DNA from: a virus
Taxonomy: Duplodnaviria > Caudoviricetes
Length of the DNA stretch: 52,373 nt
Strand: one strand, 5' to 3'
IMG/VR virus record: IMGVR_UViG_3300036846_000887
Coordinates: 1 to 52,373 of that record
The first letter of the stretch is position 1; each line of letters begins with the position of its first letter. Both the position numbers and the translations under genes were made by a program. This document shows positions 1-7,839 of this stretch, in pieces. Under the pieces are notes generated by a model. It saw nothing but the letters and a program-made list of their open reading frames with translations, was not told the origin of the DNA and did not search any database.

Positions 1-195
1 GTCCGCCGGGCCGTCGGCTGGATGTCGGAGAACATCGACGAGGACGGCCAGCACGCGGTTCGGATCACTGTCCACAACTACGACACCAGCCAGCCGGTCA
101 CCGAGCACGAGTACATCCCCGAACCGGTCGACGAGGAGCGAGAGCGTGACCAGCGGGCCGCCGACTTCCTGCGGGACGTCTTCGATGGCCAGTGA
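1..195 (+). CDS. hypothetical protein, 5'-truncated
   Basis: Frame 1 is open from base 1 to TGA at 193-195 (VRRAVGW...DVFDGQ); GC-rich third positions; overlaps the next start. Confidence 0.6.
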   Translation, partial: VRRAVGWMSENIDEDGQHAVRITVHNYDTSQPVTEHEYIPEPVDEERERDQRAADFLRDVFDGQ

Positions 196-370
196 CCGCT
201 ACCTCATCTACCAGATGAACCCGGCCGATCACATCATGGCGGCCGAAGCCTACGCTGCGGCCGCCGATCGCTCCGAGGCGGAGGACGGCTGGCGGCAGTG
301 GAACGCCACCCTGGCTCTCGCGCACGCCCAGATCGCGCTGGCCCAGATGACCGGCAGCCAGCGCGCCTAG
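185..370 (+). CDS. hypothetical protein
   Basis: ATG 185 (MASDRYLIYQ...); its TAG lies inside palindrome copy 1. Confidence 0.65.
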   Translation: MASDRYLIYQMNPADHIMAAEAYAAAADRSEAEDGWRQWNATLALAHAQIALAQMTGSQRA

Positions 371-379
371 TCCACTAAG
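366..379. repeat. 14-bp palindrome CYTAGTNNACTARG, copy 1
   Basis: CCTAGTCCACTAAG; contains stop of 185..370. Confidence 0.95.
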
Positions 380-412
380 CACCACCAACCCTCAACGAAC
401 GGAGCACGAGCA

Positions 413-757
413 ATGCGAACCATCGAACTCACCGAGGCGGCGCACGCCGACTTCCACCACGACTCCCGGCTGCCGGCACCGTCGCGGCTGTGCGTGATCT
501 GCACGCCGGACCAGGCGCTGGACGACTGGACCGAGGCGGTCGCGTTCCTGCGTACCGCGGTCAACTCCGGCAGCGACGTCGCCGTCGTGATCGGCCGCTG
601 GTGGGTGGCCGCGCTGTGGACCGAGGACAAGCTGGCCCCGCATGTCACCGACGACCGGCTGCCGTGCGCCTGGTGCGGGCAGACCGTGGCCGACTCCGAC
701 GAGACGGCCCGGCACACCGACGACTGCGCGTGGCTGAACTGGCTGACCGCGCCCTAG
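413..757 (+). CDS. hypothetical protein with CxxC motifs
   Basis: AACGGAGC upstream; CVIC and CAWC...H-x3-C. Confidence 0.75.
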   Translation: MRTIELTEAAHADFHHDSRLPAPSRLCVICTPDQALDDWTEAVAFLRTAVNSGSDVAVVIGRWWVAALWTEDKLAPHVTDDRLPCAWCGQTVADSDETARHTDDCAWLNWLTAP

Positions 758-760
758 TCC

Positions 761-800
761 TGTGAACCGACTTGACAAACAGGGACAAAAGGTGTATAAT
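761..800 (+). promoter_or_regulatory. consensus sigma70/SigA promoter
   Basis: TTGACA 772-777, 17-bp spacer, TATAAT 795-800; TGTGAAC at 761. Confidence 0.9.
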
Positions 801-838
801 GGAAGGGTAGGGCAAGCCATGCCCTGCCACCACAGCGG

Positions 839-852
839 CTTAGTCCACTAAG
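839..852. repeat. 14-bp palindrome copy 2
   Basis: CTTAGTCCACTAAG between promoter and RBS. Confidence 0.95.
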
Positions 853-869
853 CCAGAAACGGAGCAACC

Positions 870-1127
870 ATGACCTACCTCAACGTCGGCGCCAGCCACG
901 CCGCGGACGGCCGGATCCGCACCAAGAAGGAACTGAAGGCACTGCTGGCGGCCGACCCGGCCACGGTCGTCTTCGACCGCACCAGCCCAGAGACGCCGGG
1001 GCCGAACGTCACCGGCGACGCGATCCCGCTCGGCGTCAAGCTGTCGGTGGTCGGGCCCGACCCTTTCACCTCACGCAGGTGGTACGCCACCGTGGCGCGG
1101 CACGGGGACCGCATCACGGTCCAGTGA
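870..1127 (+). CDS. hypothetical protein
   Basis: First gene after consensus promoter; AACGGAGC RBS. Confidence 0.85.
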   Translation: MTYLNVGASHAADGRIRTKKELKALLAADPATVVFDRTSPETPGPNVTGDAIPLGVKLSVVGPDPFTSRRWYATVARHGDRITVQ

Positions 1128-1135
1128 AGGAAACG

Positions 1136-1208
1136 CCTACCGGCCCGCGCCGGGCGCCGGCGCGCCTCTCCCCCGTTGCGCGCCCGGTGACCCGAGCGGG
1201 CCGGTAGG
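1136..1208 (+). terminator. long GC-rich stem-loop (terminator or structured RNA)
   Basis: CCTACCGGCCCGC pairs with GCGGGCCGGTAGG, with further inner pairing; no U-tract. Confidence 0.5.
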
Positions 1209-1214
1209 CCCCGG

Positions 1215-1228
1215 CTTAGTCCACTAAG
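1215..1228. repeat. 14-bp palindrome copy 3
   Basis: CTTAGTCCACTAAG. Confidence 0.95.
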
Positions 1229-1255
1229 CCCCCATCGAGAGAAGGAGAACGGAGC

Positions 1256-1348
1256 ATGTGCGAACACGAAGACCGACCCTGCCCCGGCACGAGCTGCCGG
1301 TGCGAGTGCATGAACTGCCCCGACGACAGCGAGGAGGAGGACGAGTGA
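1256..1348 (+). CDS. 30-aa Cys-rich acidic micro-protein (not in ORF track)
   Basis: MCEHEDRPCPGTSCRCECMNCPDDSEEEDE; AAGGAG 8 nt upstream; GTGA overlap with next gene. Confidence 0.6.
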   Translation: MCEHEDRPCPGTSCRCECMNCPDDSEEEDE

Positions 1349-1578
1349 GCGCGAAGTACCTGGCCCGGCCGATCGTGGCGGGCCTGCCCGTCAACGGCGA
1401 CGGCGGCCAGATCAAGGCACGCAGCCTCACGGCGCTGCTGGCCGCGGTCGCCAACCAGGGCACCGTGCCGGAGTACCAGCTGTACAAGGTCACCCAGTAC
1501 GGCGAGCTGGTCAGCCTCGGGAAGGGCGCGTCGGTCCGCCGGCGTGGTCAGCATGGCAAGCCCAGTCGTCAACGGTGA
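1345..1578 (+). CDS. hypothetical protein
   Basis: GTG 1345 after GGAGG; C-terminal part of track ORF 1258..1578. Confidence 0.65.
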   Translation: MSAKYLARPIVAGLPVNGDGGQIKARSLTALLAAVANQGTVPEYQLYKVTQYGELVSLGKGASVRRRGQHGKPSRQR

Positions 1579-1753
1579 GGTCATCACCGCGACCGAGATC
1601 GCCGAGCTGGCCGGCGTGAGCATCTCGGCGGTGTCGAACTGGCGCAAGCGGTACCACTCGTTCCCCGAGCCGGTGATGGACCGGCCGGGCGCGACCCTGT
1701 TCGACCGGGCCGCGGTGACCCGATGGCTGCGCTCGACCGGACGCATCCACTAA
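1553..1753 (+). CDS. AlpA/excisionase-like HTH DNA-binding protein
   Basis: ITATEIAELAGVSISAVSNWRKR-x3-FPEP...LFDRAAVTRWL. Confidence 0.85.
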   Translation: MASPVVNGEVITATEIAELAGVSISAVSNWRKRYHSFPEPVMDRPGATLFDRAAVTRWLRSTGRIH

Positions 1754-1776
1754 CCACAGTCAATGAACCGAGGCCG

Positions 1777-1790
1777 CTTAGTGAACTAAG
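1777..1790. repeat. 14-bp palindrome copy 4
   Basis: CTTAGTGAACTAAG, extended by CCG/CGG flanks. Confidence 0.95.
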
Positions 1791-1814
1791 CGGAGAAAGC
1801 GAACGGAGCAGTCA

Positions 1815-2141
1815 ATGAACATGCAATGGCTCAACGACGACCCGGTGGTCGGCGACATCCCGCCGGTGCCACCCCCGACCCTCAGTCAAAGCTGGCAGGT
1901 CGGTGACACGCCGGAGGCGATCGCGGTCTGCCGGCCCTGGCTGGTCATCATGGTGCTGGCCGGCACCGTGCTGGCCGCGGTCTCGGTGGTGGTGGTGTGG
2001 CGGGCCGGCAACGATCCGGGCCCGCCGCGGCGGCCGCGGCCGATCGTGACCGAGCAGCCGTTTAGGCCGCACGCCCCGGTGTACCCGGTCGCGCCGACCG
2101 GCACGCCGGACGAGACGCTGTCACCGGCGGCGTCCCGGTGA
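1815..2141 (+). CDS. single-pass membrane protein
   Basis: Hydrophobic WLVIMVLAGTVLAAVSVVVVW; Pro-rich flanks; AACGGAGC RBS. Confidence 0.7.
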   Translation: MNMQWLNDDPVVGDIPPVPPPTLSQSWQVGDTPEAIAVCRPWLVIMVLAGTVLAAVSVVVVWRAGNDPGPPRRPRPIVTEQPFRPHAPVYPVAPTGTPDETLSPAASR

Positions 2142-2578
2142 GCCGGCCTAGTCCACTAAGCGACCGGCCGAGGCACGCCAGCGTCAGCGAGGTCCAGGCG
2201 CTGACCAACCAGTGGTCGCCGGGCATCCTGGAGTGCCGGGCGTACGGGCATCAGTGGCGGCCGAGCCGGGTGATCTACAACAAGGTCGACCGGTTCTACG
2301 CCATCTACCAGAGCTGCCCGCGGTGCGAGTGCGAGCGGTATCAGGAGATGACGGTCGCCGGGCATGTGGTGGCCAGCTACATCCACTACGCGCCGGGCTA
2401 CCTGGCCGAGGGTTCGGGCCGGATCATCGGCGAGGCGAAGGACGCGGTCCGGGTCGCGGCGGTCACCCGGGTGTGGACGGTGGAGCAGCCGTCCGCGGCG
2501 GTCGCCCGGGCCGACCATCCGCCGCGGTCGCTGGCGATGCGTCGCGAACTTGGCCTCGTCACTGAAGGGAGCGAATGA
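2138..2578 (+). CDS. hypothetical Zn-binding protein
   Basis: CRAYGH and CPRCEC motifs; 4-bp overlaps at both ends. Confidence 0.8.
   Translation: MSRPSPLSDRPRHASVSEVQALTNQWSPGILECRAYGHQWRPSRVIYNKVDRFYAIYQSCPRCECERYQEMTVAGHVVASYIHYAPGYLAEGSGRIIGEAKDAVRVAAVTRVWTVEQPSAAVARADHPPRSLAMRRELGLVTEGSE
2147..2160. repeat. 14-bp palindrome copy 5
   Basis: CCTAGTCCACTAAG read in its stop-free frame (PSPLS) near a gene start. Confidence 0.95.
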
Positions 2579-3267
2579 TGGCACGCGAGGTTGTCCTCGT
2601 CGAATGGTGCGACGTCTGCCTGGCCGACGCCTCGCACACCGAGGCGCACTGGACGTCGGTGATCCGGATCGGCGACGTCGAGCGCGAGCTGATGCTGTGC
2701 GAGCCGCACTTCGAGCAGCTCATCGGCGAGCTGCCGCTGGTGCTGGAGAAGGTGGGCACCAGAGTCGAGGTGCCGGCGCCGCACACCCGCAAGCGGCGCG
2801 AGCCGGGTGAGCCGAAGCAGAAAAAGAACTCGGCGCGGGACTGCCCGATCTGCGGCACCACCCGGTCGTCCGGGCCGACGATCGCGGTGCACATCTTCCG
2901 CGACCACCTGGGCGGCTCACGCCCGGTCGCGCCGACGAACTGCCCGGACTGCGACTGGGTGCCGAAACCGGACGCGAAGAACCGGATGTCGGCGATCGGC
3001 AAGCACCGGCAGGTCATGCACGGCTTCGACCCGATCGCGGAGGCGATGGCCGCCTACGACGCGGCGCAGCACCCGTACGACGTGCCGGTCACCCGCAAGC
3101 CGGAGCTGCTCAGCCAGGTGGAGGCGGCGGAGCGGGCCGGGGTGAACAAGGACGTGATCCACGGCTGCGTGCGGCGCGGCACGCTGGCCTCGACGCACAC
3201 CGAGGACGGCCACGTCCGGATCAGCTCGGCCGACCTGGAGAAGTGGATGGCGAGCCGCGTCACCTAG
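2575..3267 (+). CDS. multidomain DNA-binding protein: Lsr2-like N-terminus, two C2H2-like fingers, excisionase-type HTH
   Basis: CPICG...HIFRDH, CPDCD...HRQVMH; C-terminal LLSQVEAAERAGVNKDVIHGCVRRGTL...RISSADLEKWM. Confidence 0.75.
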   Translation: MMAREVVLVEWCDVCLADASHTEAHWTSVIRIGDVERELMLCEPHFEQLIGELPLVLEKVGTRVEVPAPHTRKRREPGEPKQKKNSARDCPICGTTRSSGPTIAVHIFRDHLGGSRPVAPTNCPDCDWVPKPDAKNRMSAIGKHRQVMHGFDPIAEAMAAYDAAQHPYDVPVTRKPELLSQVEAAERAGVNKDVIHGCVRRGTLASTHTEDGHVRISSADLEKWMASRVT

Positions 3268-3276
3268 TGGACTAAG
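3263..3276. repeat. 14-bp palindrome copy 6
   Basis: CCTAGTGGACTAAG; contains stop of 2575..3267. Confidence 0.95.
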
Positions 3277-3278
3277 CG

Positions 3279-3319
3279 TGTGAACTACCTTGCCAATCTA
3301 TGTAGTTGTGTTGTATAGT
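3279..3319 (+). promoter_or_regulatory. SigA-type promoter
   Basis: TGTGAAC-N3-C then TTGCCA 3290-3295, 18 bp, TATAGT 3314-3319; AT-rich. Confidence 0.7.
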
Positions 3320-3363
3320 GTGTCCATGTTGTACCAATTCGTCCCCACCAGAACGGAGCACAG

Positions 3364-3621
3364 ATGAACGACAACGTCATCCTCTTCCCCGGCAAGCCGG
3401 CACCGGAGCAGATCGAGGCCGCGAAAGCCCACCACCCGGCCAGCACGACGCAGCCGGCCGGCGGCGAGCTGGACATCGCGTTCGTGCAGAACTCCTGTCT
3501 CGTCCTGATGCCGGTGCTGGACGAGCTGCTGGTCGCCTGCCAGCTGCTGGACCGGGAGCGGGCCAACGAGATCATCGGCGCGGTCCGGCGCCAGGTGCTC
3601 AGTTGGCCCGACACGGTGTGA
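3364..3621 (+). CDS. hypothetical protein
   Basis: AACGGAGC RBS; typical codon usage. Confidence 0.8.
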   Translation: MNDNVILFPGKPAPEQIEAAKAHHPASTTQPAGGELDIAFVQNSCLVLMPVLDELLVACQLLDRERANEIIGAVRRQVLSWPDTV

Positions 3622-3794
3622 CCTACAAGGTCCACTTCGGGCGCACGGATGAGCCCGCCTGCGGCAACCACGACATCCACCTGGCCAGCACCGACCCGTT
3701 CCAGGTCACCTGCCGGGCCTGCCTGAAGTCACACCACTACAAGGACGCGCTCGCGTCCAAGCTCGACACGCCGCAGCGGAAGGGGAGCCGATGA
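3618..3794 (+). CDS. small Zn-binding protein
   Basis: GTGA overlap; H...CG...VTCRAC. Confidence 0.7.
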   Translation: MTYKVHFGRTDEPACGNHDIHLASTDPFQVTCRACLKSHHYKDALASKLDTPQRKGSR

Positions 3795-3797
3795 CGG

Positions 3798-3811
3798 CCT
3801 AGTCCACTAAG
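3798..3811. repeat. 14-bp palindrome copy 7
   Basis: CCTAGTCCACTAAG. Confidence 0.95.
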
Positions 3812-3854
3812 CACCACAACCAGCACCACCAACCCAAGGAAAGGCAACGGAGCA

Positions 3855-4145
3855 ATGGCACAGAACACGAGGCTGTGGAACATGATCCACAGCGGACTGG
3901 AGCAGAACATCTCACCGGAGATGCTGTACGCCGCGATCGTCCGGCACGAGGACGAGGCGTTGGACTACATCCGGCTGAAGGCCGCGGAGCACGGGCTGTT
4001 CCCGGCGATCGTCGGCAAGGTGCTGATGGAGACCGGGCTCGGCTCCTGGCTGAGCCCGGAGGAGATGACGCAGCTGGCCACCCAGGAGGCGCAGCAGCAG
4101 GCCACCCTGGCCGAGATGATGCGCCAGCTCGGCGGTGAACTGTGA
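3855..4145 (+). CDS. hypothetical protein
   Basis: AAGGAAAGG plus AACGGAGC upstream; coupled to next gene. Confidence 0.8.
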   Translation: MAQNTRLWNMIHSGLEQNISPEMLYAAIVRHEDEALDYIRLKAAEHGLFPAIVGKVLMETGLGSWLSPEEMTQLATQEAQQQATLAEMMRQLGGEL

Positions 4146-4795
4146 CCGCCGTGGAGGAGACCCGCGCCGTCGTTGCGCTGGGCCAGGTGTGGCAGGCGAA
4201 TCATTCGCCGTCGACCACCATCGTCCTCATCGACGTCCCCGACGGCGACGAGGTGTCCTACCTGTACTGCGAGACGGACGACGGCACCGTGAACCGGGTC
4301 GGCACCTGCCGGCCGGACGTGTTCACCAACACCGACGGCGGCTACCGGCTGCTGCCCGTGTCCGAGCAGGACACCTGGATGCGGACCGCGGTCACCGCCG
4401 GGGACCTGCTCCGGGAGGAGCGGCAGCAACGGAAGGAGATCCAAGCCCGGCTGACCACGACCGGGGAGCGGCTGGCGGAGGCGCAGCGGCAGCATGAGCG
4501 GCGGCTCGAAGCGATCACCGAGGTGCTGCACCGGGAGGCGAACTCGCGCCAGTATTGCGGCGAGTTCGACGAGGTGATGGAGGAGATGGGGCTGCGGCCG
4601 CGGGAGCGCGACTTCGACGTCACGGTGTACGTACGGCTGGAGCGGACGATCACGGTGTCGGCGACCAGTGAGGACGCCGCCTACGAGCAGGCGGGGGGCG
4701 TGGCGTCGGCGCAGATCGGCGGCCGCGCCAACCGGGTCCAGGTCGGCAACCTCGACGGCTGGTACCTGCAGGAGGTGACCACCAGCGAGGACTGA
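4142..4795 (+). CDS. hypothetical protein with central coiled coil
   Basis: GTGA overlap; E/Q/R-rich helical segment. Confidence 0.8.
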   Translation: MTAVEETRAVVALGQVWQANHSPSTTIVLIDVPDGDEVSYLYCETDDGTVNRVGTCRPDVFTNTDGGYRLLPVSEQDTWMRTAVTAGDLLREERQQRKEIQARLTTTGERLAEAQRQHERRLEAITEVLHREANSRQYCGEFDEVMEEMGLRPRERDFDVTVYVRLERTITVSATSEDAAYEQAGGVASAQIGGRANRVQVGNLDGWYLQEVTTSED

Positions 4796-4816
4796 GCAGC
4801 CAGTCCGATAAGACGT

Positions 4817-4852
4817 GGGTGACCGGCGGGATGGGGATGCCGCCGGTCACCC
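4817..4852 (+). terminator. 13-bp perfect hairpin abutting a palindrome
   Basis: GGGTGACCGGCGG / CCGCCGGTCACCC, 10-nt loop. Confidence 0.55.
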
Positions 4853-4853
4853 G

Positions 4854-4867
4854 CCTAGTGAACTAAG
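4854..4867. repeat. 14-bp palindrome copy 8
   Basis: CCTAGTGAACTAAG. Confidence 0.95.
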
Positions 4868-4887
4868 CGACAAGGAGAGAGACACAG

Positions 4888-5043
4888 ATGGATGACGGCG
4901 CGTTCGTGACGATCTTGGCAGTCGTGTGCATCGGGCTGGGCTGGGCGTTGCTGTACGCCCACGCCAACTACGTGCACCGGGAAAGGATGGAACGGTTGGA
5001 GGAGAAGCAGTGGCGCGCGTTCTGGGGTGAGGAGGTCGACTGA
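4888..5043 (+). CDS. small membrane protein, 51 aa (not in ORF track)
   Basis: MDDGAFVTILAVVCIGLGWALLYAH...; AAGGAG upstream. Confidence 0.7.
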   Translation: MDDGAFVTILAVVCIGLGWALLYAHANYVHRERMERLEEKQWRAFWGEEVD

Positions 5044-5044
5044 G

Positions 5045-5323
5045 ATGCCCTACAACGAGGACGGGACGTATCGCGAGCCCGACAACACCGACCGGGCCGG
5101 CTGGGCGCGGGAGGCGGTGCAGACCTTCGCCGACAGCACTCGGTCCACACCGGGTGACCGGGACCTGACCGACGAGGAGAACCTGCACGAGGTGGCCGGT
5201 GACCTGCTCGGCGACCTGCTGCACCTGCTCGGGGAGGAGGCGTTCGCGAACTGCCTGGAGCGTGCCCGCGGCTACTACGCCGACGAGCTGGCCGACGAGG
5301 AGGAGGTTGCCGACCTACACTAA
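5045..5323 (+). CDS. acidic hypothetical protein
   Basis: ATG 5045 after GAGGAGG; DLLGDLLHL helical motif. Confidence 0.8.
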   Translation: MPYNEDGTYREPDNTDRAGWAREAVQTFADSTRSTPGDRDLTDEENLHEVAGDLLGDLLHLLGEEAFANCLERARGYYADELADEEEVADLH

Positions 5324-5336
5324 ACTATGGTATGAT
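5307..5336 (+). promoter_or_regulatory. SigA-type promoter with extended -10
   Basis: TTGCCG 5307-5312, 18 bp, TGG-TATGAT 5331-5336. Confidence 0.65.
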
Positions 5337-5366
5337 ACAGGACATTCCACCCAACACTACACACGG

Positions 5367-5380
5367 CTTAGTTGACTAAG
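5367..5380. repeat. 14-bp palindrome copy 9
   Basis: CTTAGTTGACTAAG between promoter and RBS. Confidence 0.95.
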
Positions 5381-5402
5381 CCACACCGAACGGAGCAGCA
5401 CC

Positions 5403-5741
5403 ATGCAGGACAGCATCAACAACACCGTCCGCCAGGCCGTCGGCCCGGTCCCGCCCGGCTACGGCGAGATCGTCACCGACGCCATCGCGGCGCTGGAGAA
5501 GCGGGAGCAGGCCATCGTCGACGAGCTGGCCGAGCGGGCGGCACGAGAGGGCCTCTCCGCCACCCTCGTGACCGAGGCGCTGCGGGACGCCGGCCTGAGC
5601 GCTGGCCCGGAACAGGCCAACGGCTACGACGAGGCGATCCGGTTGATGAACCAGGCCAACCGGCTCATCGAGCAGGCCAACACGGCGATGACGAAGCAGC
5701 GCGAGGACGACGCCGCCAGGCTCTCAGAACAACCGTTCTAG
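5403..5741 (+). CDS. hypothetical helical protein
   Basis: Own promoter, AACGGAGC RBS and downstream terminator. Confidence 0.85.
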   Translation: MQDSINNTVRQAVGPVPPGYGEIVTDAIAALEKREQAIVDELAERAAREGLSATLVTEALRDAGLSAGPEQANGYDEAIRLMNQANRLIEQANTAMTKQREDDAARLSEQPF

Positions 5742-5748
5742 GACCCAC

Positions 5749-5797
5749 ACAGGCACGGCACCGGACCCACCCCGGTGTCGTGCCTGTCCGTGTTTTC
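5749..5797 (+). terminator. intrinsic terminator
   Basis: ACAGGCACGGCACCGG / CCGGTGTCGTGCCTGT stem followed by CCGTGTTTT. Confidence 0.7.
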
Positions 5798-5819
5798 AAC
5801 CTCACCCCGGAGGGCAGTA

Positions 5820-6137
5820 GTGACCAAACCAGAGTTAGTGTTCCGCGACCCGCCGCCGTGGCGGCGTGCCGCCAAGACCGACTGGGCGTCGGTCGCCAGG
5901 CAGTTGATGGACAACCCCGGCCGATGGGCGATGGTGCTGGAGTCGGCGCCGTTCTCCACCTTCAGCGCGCTGCGCAACCAGGACATCAACGCGCTGAAGC
6001 GCGCCCGCGGGTTCTCCTACGTCACCCGTCGTAACAAGGTGGGCAGCGACGGGCGCCGGTACTGCGACATATACATCAGGTTCGACCCGCCTACACAGGA
6101 AGACGAGGACGGCCATGCTCCCCAAGATAACGGTTGA
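5820..6137 (+). CDS. hypothetical protein
   Basis: GTG 5820 after GGAGGG; DPPP...W...L..NPGRWA pattern. Confidence 0.75.
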   Translation: MTKPELVFRDPPPWRRAAKTDWASVARQLMDNPGRWAMVLESAPFSTFSALRNQDINALKRARGFSYVTRRNKVGSDGRRYCDIYIRFDPPTQEDEDGHAPQDNG

Positions 6138-6615
6138 GGGCCGCATCACCGCCGACCCGGAACTTCGCTTCACTCAGTCGGGCGACGCGGTAGCGTCGTT
6201 CACCGTCGTGAGCCAGGACCGGAAGAAGGGAGATGACGGTAAGTGGATCGACGCCGGTGAGGCGATGTTCCTGCGGGTGAGCGTCTGGCGCCAGTACGCG
6301 GAGAACGTCGCCGAGTCATTACTGAAGGGCGACTCGGTGGTCGTCACCGGCAAGCTCGGGCAGCGTTCCTACACCGACCGGGAGGGCAACAAGCGGACCA
6401 GCTTCGAGATCCAGGCGGACGAGATCGCGGTGCCGTTGCGGTTCCGCACGGTGCGTCATGGTGAGGGACGGGCGGAGCGGGGCAGTCAGCAGCGGCAGGC
6501 ACCGGCCGACGACCCGTGGGCGTCGGTGCCGGCGGGCGGCGGAAGCGGTGACCCGTGGGCGTCGGACGAGCCACCGTTCCACCATGACCCGGCAATGAAC
6601 GGCTTAGTCAACTAA
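6115..6615 (+). CDS. ssb: single-stranded DNA-binding protein
   Basis: GRITADPELRFTQSGDAVASFTV...WRQYAENVAESL.KGD.V.V.G.L; DDPW...DEPPF tail. Confidence 0.97.
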   Translation: MLPKITVEGRITADPELRFTQSGDAVASFTVVSQDRKKGDDGKWIDAGEAMFLRVSVWRQYAENVAESLLKGDSVVVTGKLGQRSYTDREGNKRTSFEIQADEIAVPLRFRTVRHGEGRAERGSQQRQAPADDPWASVPAGGGSGDPWASDEPPFHHDPAMNGLVN

Positions 6616-6616
6616 G
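6603..6616. repeat. 14-bp palindrome copy 10
   Basis: CTTAGTCAACTAAG; contains the ssb stop. Confidence 0.95.
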
Positions 6617-6665
6617 CAACCACACCCAGATAAGCGAGACATCTCAACCGGAGGAACAGCCCCAC

Positions 6666-6935
6666 ATGACGACCACACAACTCTCCGAGGCCGAGAAGGT
6701 CCGGCAGTCCAACGAACGCCGCGCCGCGTACTCGGAGGCGACCACCAAGCTGCGCCAGAACCACATCACCGAGTTCAACAAGCTGATGAAGGAAGGCTGC
6801 GCTGAGCGCGGCATCGAGTGGTCTCCGAAGCCGTCGGCGGTGGACCGGGCGCGGCAGCAGATCACGGAGCTGCTGAGTGAGTACCCGGAGCTGCAGGACC
6901 AGTTCGGGCCGGCCGAGGACGAGCCGGAGGAGTGA
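6666..6935 (+). CDS. hypothetical protein
   Basis: GGAGG RBS; helical charged protein. Confidence 0.8.
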   Translation: MTTTQLSEAEKVRQSNERRAAYSEATTKLRQNHITEFNKLMKEGCAERGIEWSPKPSAVDRARQQITELLSEYPELQDQFGPAEDEPEE

Positions 6936-7203
6936 AGCATGAGAGTGCCGGCGGCATCGCTTGCAAGGCTTTGCCACCGGCGCTCGATGCCACCGCCAGG
7001 GTACGGAGCAACGCCCCTCATGCGCTGGCGCCACAAGGGTATCGAAGCCACGCAGGTGGTGGGAGGATGCCTTGATACACAAGACGATCGCCCCGGCTAG
7101 CAGGGCCGAGGCGATCTAACGACTGGATTGGTGGTCCGGTGCGCCGTCGCTATGCAACTTTACAGCAAGCGGCCGGGTCCCCTCCAGAGATCGAGGGGAA
7201 CGC

Positions 7204-7839
7204 ATGAGTAACAAACTGCTCACCGAGGTTCTGGACAGCGCGCCGTTCGGCGGCACGAAGCTGCTGACGCTGGTGGTGCTCGCCGACTTCGCCAACGACG
7301 ACGGCGAGTGCTGGCCCTCGATCGACACCCTCGCGGCCCGCGCGAGGGTGGGTCGGCGTTGGGTGCTCCGGATCCTCGACGAGCTGGAGGCTGACGGCTG
7401 GGTGGTCCGCAAACCGCGGCGCGGACGAGCGACCGTCTACTTCGTCTCACCCGTCGCAGGGGGTGGCCTACAGACCACGGGTGGCGTGCAGGCCACGGGT
7501 GGCCTACAGACCACAGGAGGGGTGGCCTACAGACCACGGGGGGGTGGCCTACAGACCACCCAGAACCCAAAGGAACCTAGAACCAGCAGCAGCGCGCGTG
7601 CGCGCGAGGCCGACGGGTTGGTCACCAAGTGGCGGACCGACGCCGCCAAGTGGATCGACCGGTACACCGCCGTCCCCACCGAGGCGTTCCTCGACGAGTT
7701 CGAGATCAAGATGCGGGAGCGCCGCGAGCAGCCGAGCACCTCGATGGCGATCAACTGGGCGAAGCGGGAGCAGGAGAACCTGGCCCAGCATCCGCAGCCG
7801 TCGGCGCTGCACCATCCCGGCTGGGAGTTCGGTCAGTGA
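7204..7839 (+). CDS. replication initiator (N-terminal winged HTH, lambda O-like layout)
   Basis: KLLTLVVLADFANDDGECWPSIDTLAARA...L.ELE..GW; internal repeats; directly upstream of helicase. Confidence 0.9.
   Translation: MSNKLLTEVLDSAPFGGTKLLTLVVLADFANDDGECWPSIDTLAARARVGRRWVLRILDELEADGWVVRKPRRGRATVYFVSPVAGGGLQTTGGVQATGGLQTTGGVAYRPRGGGLQTTQNPKEPRTSSSARAREADGLVTKWRTDAAKWIDRYTAVPTEAFLDEFEIKMRERREQPSTSMAINWAKREQENLAQHPQPSALHHPGWEFGQ
7461..7559 (+). repeat. iterons, putative replication origin
   Basis: GGGTGGCCTACAGACCAC exact at 7461, 7497, 7520, 7542; degenerate at 7479. Confidence 0.85.

Noticed and set aside
761-777. TGTGAAC promoter element as a CRP site
   Set aside because: Second half-site is TGACA at N7 spacing rather than TCACA at N6; kept only as an unexplained conserved element
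6939-7116. 53-aa ORF 6939..7100 and hairpin 7086-7116
   Set aside because: Has a GGAGG upstream but atypical codon usage and no motif; cannot be distinguished from a non-coding leader
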